Assembly: GCA_049970055.1 (NCBI GenBank)
Contig: JBMFNR010000001.1
Location: 448,001 to 512,000 of the forward strand
Direction of reading: 5' to 3'
Length of the DNA: 64,000 bases
From: Fervidobacterium sp.
GTDB lineage: Bacteria > Thermotogota > Thermotogae > Thermotogales > Fervidobacteriaceae
Position numbers and translations under genes: made by a program. Below, piece after piece: positions 58,801 to 64,000 of this stretch (the stretch's first letter is position 1; every line of letters begins with the position of its first letter). The notes beneath the pieces were generated by a model. That model saw nothing but the letters and a program-made list of their open reading frames with translations. It was not told the origin of the DNA and ran no database searches.

Positions 58801-59880
58801 ATGAGTTTTTACATGCCAACGAAGGTATTGTACGGGAAAGATATTGTTCTTAAAAACCGAGAACTTATTCAATCTTTGGGAGAAACATTTTTAATTATTA
58901 CAGGAAAAAGTTCGAAGAAAAACGGAAGTCTTGATGACATACTTGATGTGCTGGAGGGGAAGAAGGTTTATATTTTCAACGAAACACCTGAAAACCCTCC
59001 AACGGATATTATCAAACCTATAGCGGAAAAATACGCAGATTCCGATGTGGTTATAGGGCTTGGCGGTGGAAGTCCGATGGACACTGCCAAGGCAGTGGCC
59101 GTATTAATTCAAAATCCTCATCTTAATGCTAGTGATTTGTACGATAAGACAAAATATTCTTATGCGAAAACGATAATTTGTATTCCTACCACAGCAGGTA
59201 CCGGAAGCGAGGTAACTCAGTATTCTGTTTTAACCTTCAATGGTCGCAAAAGAGGCTTCTCACACGATTGTGTTTTCCCAGAAATTTCGTTTGTTGATTA
59301 CAAATACACGATGACAGCTGGAAAAGAACTAACTGTTTCAACGGGGCTTGATGCTCTATCTCACGCTATGGAAGGTTACATCTCTTTAAAATCTAACACT
59401 TTCAGCGATGTGCTCGCTATCGAAAGTATGAGGATTTTAAAAGAATACCTTCCAAGAACTTTGGATGATCCGGACAATGAATTTTACAGAGAAAGGTTGA
59501 TGTTTGCTTCAACACTTGCGGGAATGGTTATTGCCCAAACAGGTACAACTATTGCCCATGCACTTGGCTACAACTTGACAACGGAGAAAGGTGTGAAACA
59601 CGGATTGGCAACAGCTGTATTTTTGCCAATAGAACTAAGAGAAGCAAAAAATGTACTAAGCGAAAAGGTAGATAATGTGTTAAGAATATTCGACGGTTCA
59701 CTGTACGATTTTTACGAATTACTCGGAATAAGGTTGAATATCCAGATCACGGACGAGGAGATTGCTCAATGGGCAATGATAACTTCCAAAGCCTCACACC
59801 TATTTTCAACACCAGGTAGTTACGATTTTGAGAAGTTAAAGTCTGCATATGAAGAGGTAAGAGAACGATTTTCACTGTAA
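58801..59880 (+). CDS. Iron-containing alcohol dehydrogenase
   Basis: GGGSPMDTAK, PTTAGTGSE, DALSHAME, H...HG. Confidence 0.9.
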   Translation: MSFYMPTKVLYGKDIVLKNRELIQSLGETFLIITGKSSKKNGSLDDILDVLEGKKVYIFNETPENPPTDIIKPIAEKYADSDVVIGLGGGSPMDTAKAVAVLIQNPHLNASDLYDKTKYSYAKTIICIPTTAGTGSEVTQYSVLTFNGRKRGFSHDCVFPEISFVDYKYTMTAGKELTVSTGLDALSHAMEGYISLKSNTFSDVLAIESMRILKEYLPRTLDDPDNEFYRERLMFASTLAGMVIAQTGTTIAHALGYNLTTEKGVKHGLATAVFLPIELREAKNVLSEKVDNVLRIFDGSLYDFYELLGIRLNIQITDEEIAQWAMITSKASHLFSTPGSYDFEKLKSAYEEVRERFSL

Positions 59881-59893
59881 AAGAACAATTAGC

Positions 59894-59927
59894 AGCCCCG
59901 CACATTTTCGTGCGGGCATTTTATTTT
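59894..59927 (+). terminator. Rho-independent terminator
   Basis: CCCGCAC-atttt-CGTGCGGG plus T tract. Confidence 0.7.
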
Positions 59928-60061
59928 AAATTTCGATAGACAAAATCTAAAATTGTATGATATAATAAGGTAGACCTAATTTATTGTTGATTTGCTGACG
60001 GATTGTCAGTATCTCAATTGAAACTTTTTAAGAAATAGTTATGAGAAAAGAGGTGGTTTTT

Positions 60062-61909
60062 ATGAAATTGCTCGGCGATATTTTGATGCAGAGAGGTCCA
60101 TTTTCAGAAATAGTGATTGGGAACACGGCGATAGTTAGGGCAATGATTGAGAGTGGTGTGAAAGTTGTGACATCTTATCCCGGTTCTCCCACCCCTGAGA
60201 TAGCGGAAGCGATAAATTTAATACCTCAAGAAAAAAGGCCATTTTATTTTGAATTTTCAACCAACGAAAAAGTTGCACTCGAAGTAGCTTTCGGTGCTTC
60301 GATTAATGGATACACTTCGTGTGTGTTTTTCAAAAGTGTTGGTATGAATGTTGTGGCGGATTCTCTTGTGCAGCTCAGTATGATGGAGTTATCTAGTGGT
60401 ATGGTGATTGTAACGGGGGATGACCCTGGAGCGAATAGTTCACAAAATGAACAAGACAACAGGCACTACGCAAGACTTTCTTACACACCTGTATTTGAAC
60501 CTAAAGATGCCCAAGAAGTTTACGAAATGTTCTTGAAAGCTGTTGAATATTCAAGGATGTTAAAATCACCTGTTATTTTACGGTTGACAACACATACCGC
60601 TCATTTTAAGCAGAGAGTTAATTTTGGAGAGTATGTACCAAGTGAGATCGGTAAGCCTATGTTCGATGCAAGAAAGAACGGCCCGTATATCCCTATAGGA
60701 AGTAACGTCGCTTTGATGAAAAATAGGGCATTGCAAAAGCTTGAAATGTGGAAAGAAATTTCGGAAAAATTTGCGTATGTTAAGGGAAATAGTAACAGAA
60801 GAGGGATAATAACAGCAGGATTACCTTATCTTTCTTTGCTTGATGTGATTGACGGTGATAAGGTTGATATTTTAAGGCTTGGTATGGTTTACCCACTTCC
60901 AAGAAAGGCGATAGTGGATTTCTTAAAAGTGCATGAGGAAGTAAAAATCCTCGAAGAACTCGATGATTTTATAGAAAGTTATGTGAAAATGATAGCGTAC
61001 GAAGAGCAAATTAAAACGAAAATAACAGGAAAGATTGACATCGATGATTGGATAGGCGAGTACACACCCGAGAAAGTTTGGAATGTAATGAGAAAGGTTT
61101 GGCCAGATGTGGTTATTAAAACACCTCAAAGAATCGAAGGTATACGTGTAATCCAAAGGCCTCCGCAGTTGTGTCCTGGCTGTGGACATAGACCCGTGTT
61201 TTACATTTTGTCTAAAATGCTTTCTAAAGAAGATATCTCGGTTGCAGATATCGGCTGTCACACTTTGGGATTTTTAGAACCATATGAAGTTGGGCAAGTA
61301 CTCTTATCTATGGGGCATTCAACTGCAACAGCGTCGGGGTTGAGTTTATTCAATAAAACAAGAAAAATAGTAGCGTTCCTTGGAGATTCAACGTTCTTCC
61401 ATGCGGGTTTACCAGGGATAATAAATGCGATTTTTAACAATCATAATTTAACGCTCGTTGTTATGGAAAATGGTACGACGGCAATGACCGGCCATCAAGA
61501 TCATCCGGGCAAAAGGATAAAAATCAAAAATTTACTCGAAGCAATGGGCGTTAAGTATATCTGGGAAGTAGATACATACCAACAAGATAAGCTAGAAGAA
61601 ATTTTGAAACGAGCCCTAGATATGCCGGAATTCAATGTTGTTATAGCTAAGCACCCGTGCATGCTTAAATTTACAAGGGAGAGAAGAAGAAAAGGTATCG
61701 TGAAAGTACCACAGATGACAGTAACTAACAAATGTACACTTGCAAATGCCTGTATTACAAGGTTTGCTTGTCCTTCATTCCAAAGAGATGAAAATGGAAG
61801 AATATACGTTAATAAGGATCTGTGTATTGGTGATGGTTCGTGTATTAGTGTTTGTCCTTCTGGTGCTTTGGAATTTGAAAAGATTGAAAGTGTAGGTGAT
61901 AAACAATGA
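60062..61909 (+). CDS. iorA: Indolepyruvate:ferredoxin oxidoreductase alpha subunit
   Basis: YPGSP, NEKVALE, KSVGMN, SSQNEQD, RPPQLCPGCGH, DIGC, GDSTFFH, C-terminal ferredoxin. Confidence 0.9.
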   Translation: MKLLGDILMQRGPFSEIVIGNTAIVRAMIESGVKVVTSYPGSPTPEIAEAINLIPQEKRPFYFEFSTNEKVALEVAFGASINGYTSCVFFKSVGMNVVADSLVQLSMMELSSGMVIVTGDDPGANSSQNEQDNRHYARLSYTPVFEPKDAQEVYEMFLKAVEYSRMLKSPVILRLTTHTAHFKQRVNFGEYVPSEIGKPMFDARKNGPYIPIGSNVALMKNRALQKLEMWKEISEKFAYVKGNSNRRGIITAGLPYLSLLDVIDGDKVDILRLGMVYPLPRKAIVDFLKVHEEVKILEELDDFIESYVKMIAYEEQIKTKITGKIDIDDWIGEYTPEKVWNVMRKVWPDVVIKTPQRIEGIRVIQRPPQLCPGCGHRPVFYILSKMLSKEDISVADIGCHTLGFLEPYEVGQVLLSMGHSTATASGLSLFNKTRKIVAFLGDSTFFHAGLPGIINAIFNNHNLTLVVMENGTTAMTGHQDHPGKRIKIKNLLEAMGVKYIWEVDTYQQDKLEEILKRALDMPEFNVVIAKHPCMLKFTRERRRKGIVKVPQMTVTNKCTLANACITRFACPSFQRDENGRIYVNKDLCIGDGSCISVCPSGALEFEKIESVGDKQ

Positions 61910-62475
61910 AAACTTTCAGCATATTTTTGATAGGAGTGGGTGGACAAGGCATCGGAACACTCAGTGAAATACTTATAAGAGCGATTGATTACAGCGGTCA
62001 AAAGTGCGTGGGAGTTGATACACATGGTCTTGCTCAGCGAGGTGGAGTCGTTTCATCGCATCTAAAGATTGGGCAAGCTAATTCTCCATTGGTGGTTCCT
62101 GGTGAAGTCGATCTTGTCATCGCACTTGAAAGGCACGAAGCTGCCCGTGGCTTAACATATCTGAAACCACAAGGTACTTTGGTTTATTACGATACGTCCT
62201 GGCAACCATTACCTGTTAGATTAGGTAGAGAAAATGAGATCAGAAGGGAAGAGATTGAGAATTTGGCCAAAATTAATGGAATTACGGTTTACAGAGTATT
62301 TTACGAACTGCCGGATACAAGAATGCAGAATATTGTGGTGCTCGGTACTATAGCAAAGAACAATCTAATTCCAGGGGTTGAAAAGCAGCATTATCTTCAA
62401 GCAATGAAGGATTTAATGAACGAAAAAGTTTATTCAGCTAACAGTGAATTGTTTGAAAAAGTTGGAGGTGCCTAA
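61906..62475 (+). CDS. iorB: Indolepyruvate:ferredoxin oxidoreductase beta subunit
   Basis: GVGGQG, HGLAQRGGVV. Confidence 0.88.
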   Translation: MKTFSIFLIGVGGQGIGTLSEILIRAIDYSGQKCVGVDTHGLAQRGGVVSSHLKIGQANSPLVVPGEVDLVIALERHEAARGLTYLKPQGTLVYYDTSWQPLPVRLGRENEIRREEIENLAKINGITVYRVFYELPDTRMQNIVVLGTIAKNNLIPGVEKQHYLQAMKDLMNEKVYSANSELFEKVGGA

Positions 62476-62476
62476 T

Positions 62477-64000
62477 ATGGAATTCAGAAAGCCGGATGAT
62501 GAAATTTCTATCGTACTTAGTGGGGCTGCCGGACAAGGGATACAGGCAGTGGAACATATTCTAACACGGGTAGCAAAAGATTCGGGTTTTTACATATTTG
62601 CTACAAAGGAATACATGTCGAGAGTAAGGGGAGGTAATAACTCGACAGAGCTTAGAATAGCCGAAAAACCAGTTTATGCTTATGTGGATAGGATAGATAT
62701 ACTTATTCTTCTTAACGATAATGCTCTTGATAGGTTGAGAAAAAGAATTTCACCACATACGATTATACTGGGTGAACCAAGATATGTGGAAAAAGAACCA
62801 AATTCAATTGGTATCAGGTTTGAAGAAATTGCTGAAAGTTTTGGGAATAAGATTTACGAGAATTCTGTAGCAATAGGTGTTTTGTCTGGAATTATTGGAG
62901 CCGACGAAGATGCACTTGTAAAGAATATTGCTCAGTATTTCAGCAAGAAATCACAAGAGATAGTTAACGCTAACATAAACGCAGCGTTCAAAGGATACGA
63001 GATTGGTAAGACCCTTGGACTCAAATTCGAGATAAAACCAAATGAACACGTGAAGTCTCAGGTTCTTATGAACGGTTCGGAAGCTGTTGCAAAAGGTGCT
63101 ATCGCAGGCGGTTGTAATTTCATTTCTTCATATCCTATGTCACCAGCTACTACTGTATTTACTGAGCTTTCGAGGCTCGCTTCACAATACGGTATTTTGG
63201 TTGATCAGGCGGAAGATGAAATCGCTGCAGCTAATATGGCGATAGCCGCCTGGTATGCTGGCGCACGAGCTATGGTTTCTACGTCCGGTGGAGGATTTGC
63301 ACTGATGACAGAAGCGATAAGTCTTTCGGGAATGATAGAAACTCCTATTGTTGTGCATTTGGGTCAAAGACCAGGACCTGCAACAGGCCTTCCAACAAGA
63401 ACAGAACAAGGCGATTTGAATTTGGTGCTTTATGCTGGTCACGGGGAATTTCCGAGGATTATATACGCACCCGGTAATCTCTGTGAGGCTTACGAACTTT
63501 CAGCAAAGGCCTTCAATGTTGCAGATAAGTATCAGATACCCGTCTTTGTACTTACTGACCAATATTTCCTAGACTCATTCTACAATGTAGATGAAATGCC
63601 GAAGGTAAATGCTGAAAGGTATATTGTAAAAACGGATGAAGCTTATAGAAGGTATGAATTAACAGAAGATGGAATTTCACCAAGGGGCATACCTGGATAC
63701 GGTAGGGGTCTTGTAAGAGTTGATAGTGATGAGCATGACGAATACGGTCATATCACAGAAAGTGAAGAAGTAAGGATGAAAATGGTTGAAAAACGCTTAA
63801 GGAAATCTAACAAGATTCTTGAAGATTTTGTTGAACCTAAGTTGTTTGGAAGCGAGAATTATGATTACTTGGTTGTATGTTGGGGTTCGACACAGCAGGT
63901 TGTGAAAGAAGCAATTGATCATATGAAAAATGAAAAAGTCGCGCTCTTACACTTTTCACAAGTCTACCCAATAGCACCACATGTCAAGAAGTATTTTGAC
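62477..64000 (+). CDS. 2-oxoacid:acceptor oxidoreductase alpha subunit (gamma-alpha fusion), 3'-truncated; absent from the ORF track
   Basis: Own translation: MEFRKPDDEISIVLSGAAGQG..EYMSRVRGG...YPMSP...QAEDE...TSGGG...RPGPATGLPT; GGAGGTG RBS. Confidence 0.92.
   Translation, partial: MEFRKPDDEISIVLSGAAGQGIQAVEHILTRVAKDSGFYIFATKEYMSRVRGGNNSTELRIAEKPVYAYVDRIDILILLNDNALDRLRKRISPHTIILGEPRYVEKEPNSIGIRFEEIAESFGNKIYENSVAIGVLSGIIGADEDALVKNIAQYFSKKSQEIVNANINAAFKGYEIGKTLGLKFEIKPNEHVKSQVLMNGSEAVAKGAIAGGCNFISSYPMSPATTVFTELSRLASQYGILVDQAEDEIAAANMAIAAWYAGARAMVSTSGGGFALMTEAISLSGMIETPIVVHLGQRPGPATGLPTRTEQGDLNLVLYAGHGEFPRIIYAPGNLCEAYELSAKAFNVADKYQIPVFVLTDQYFLDSFYNVDEMPKVNAERYIVKTDEAYRRYELTEDGISPRGIPGYGRGLVRVDSDEHDEYGHITESEEVRMKMVEKRLRKSNKILEDFVEPKLFGSENYDYLVVCWGSTQQVVKEAIDHMKNEKVALLHFSQVYPIAPHVKKYFD

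Noticed and set aside
59993..60011. Palindrome TGCTGAC-N5-GTCAGTA upstream of iorA (and TCACAATTGTGA near 53773)
   Set aside because: Too short to separate from chance without comparative data.
63182..63442. 86-aa minus-strand ORF
   Set aside because: Antisense to the truncated oxidoreductase alpha gene starting at 62477.

Overview
AT-rich bacterial chromosome segment, most likely Thermotogae (Fervidobacterium-like), judged from protein style and an SLH/coiled-coil toga anchor gene. It contains the 3' part of pyrG, a PHP phosphatase, tsf and two type IV pilin-like genes. A complete lysine-fermentation operon follows (atoDA-kal-kce-kdd-kamA-maoC-kamB-kamC-kamD-kamE), then a multi-FN3 lipoprotein, a DUF1659-DUF2922-holin-like mini-operon and a PAS-PAS sigma54 activator. 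Next come a five-gene cyclic-nucleotide signalling operon (CHASE2 adenylate cyclase, degenerate HD-GYP, DUF3307, FecR/beta-barrel fusion, GAF-HD-GYP), a Cdc6-like AAA+ ATPase, a sigma-region-2-only protein and a restriction/SeqA-like pseudogene. A Wzx/Wzy exopolysaccharide cluster carries an apparently exact 225-bp internal duplication in wza. The rest holds tRNA-Asn, an orphan M15 peptidase and housekeeping genes (csp, ndk, PBP1A, ogt, cheB, ompA-like, iorAB, 2-oxoacid oxidoreductase subunits). The best candidate for an undescribed system is a dispersed 'half-sigma / DUF1659-DUF2922-holin / M15 lysin' module whose parts share a GTAGATA(C/A)AT upstream motif (16/17 identical between two loci), with an RBS-sequestering hairpin. 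A second candidate is a trans-envelope cAMP/c-di-GMP signalling operon. All family calls come from motif recognition by eye; no database searches were run.
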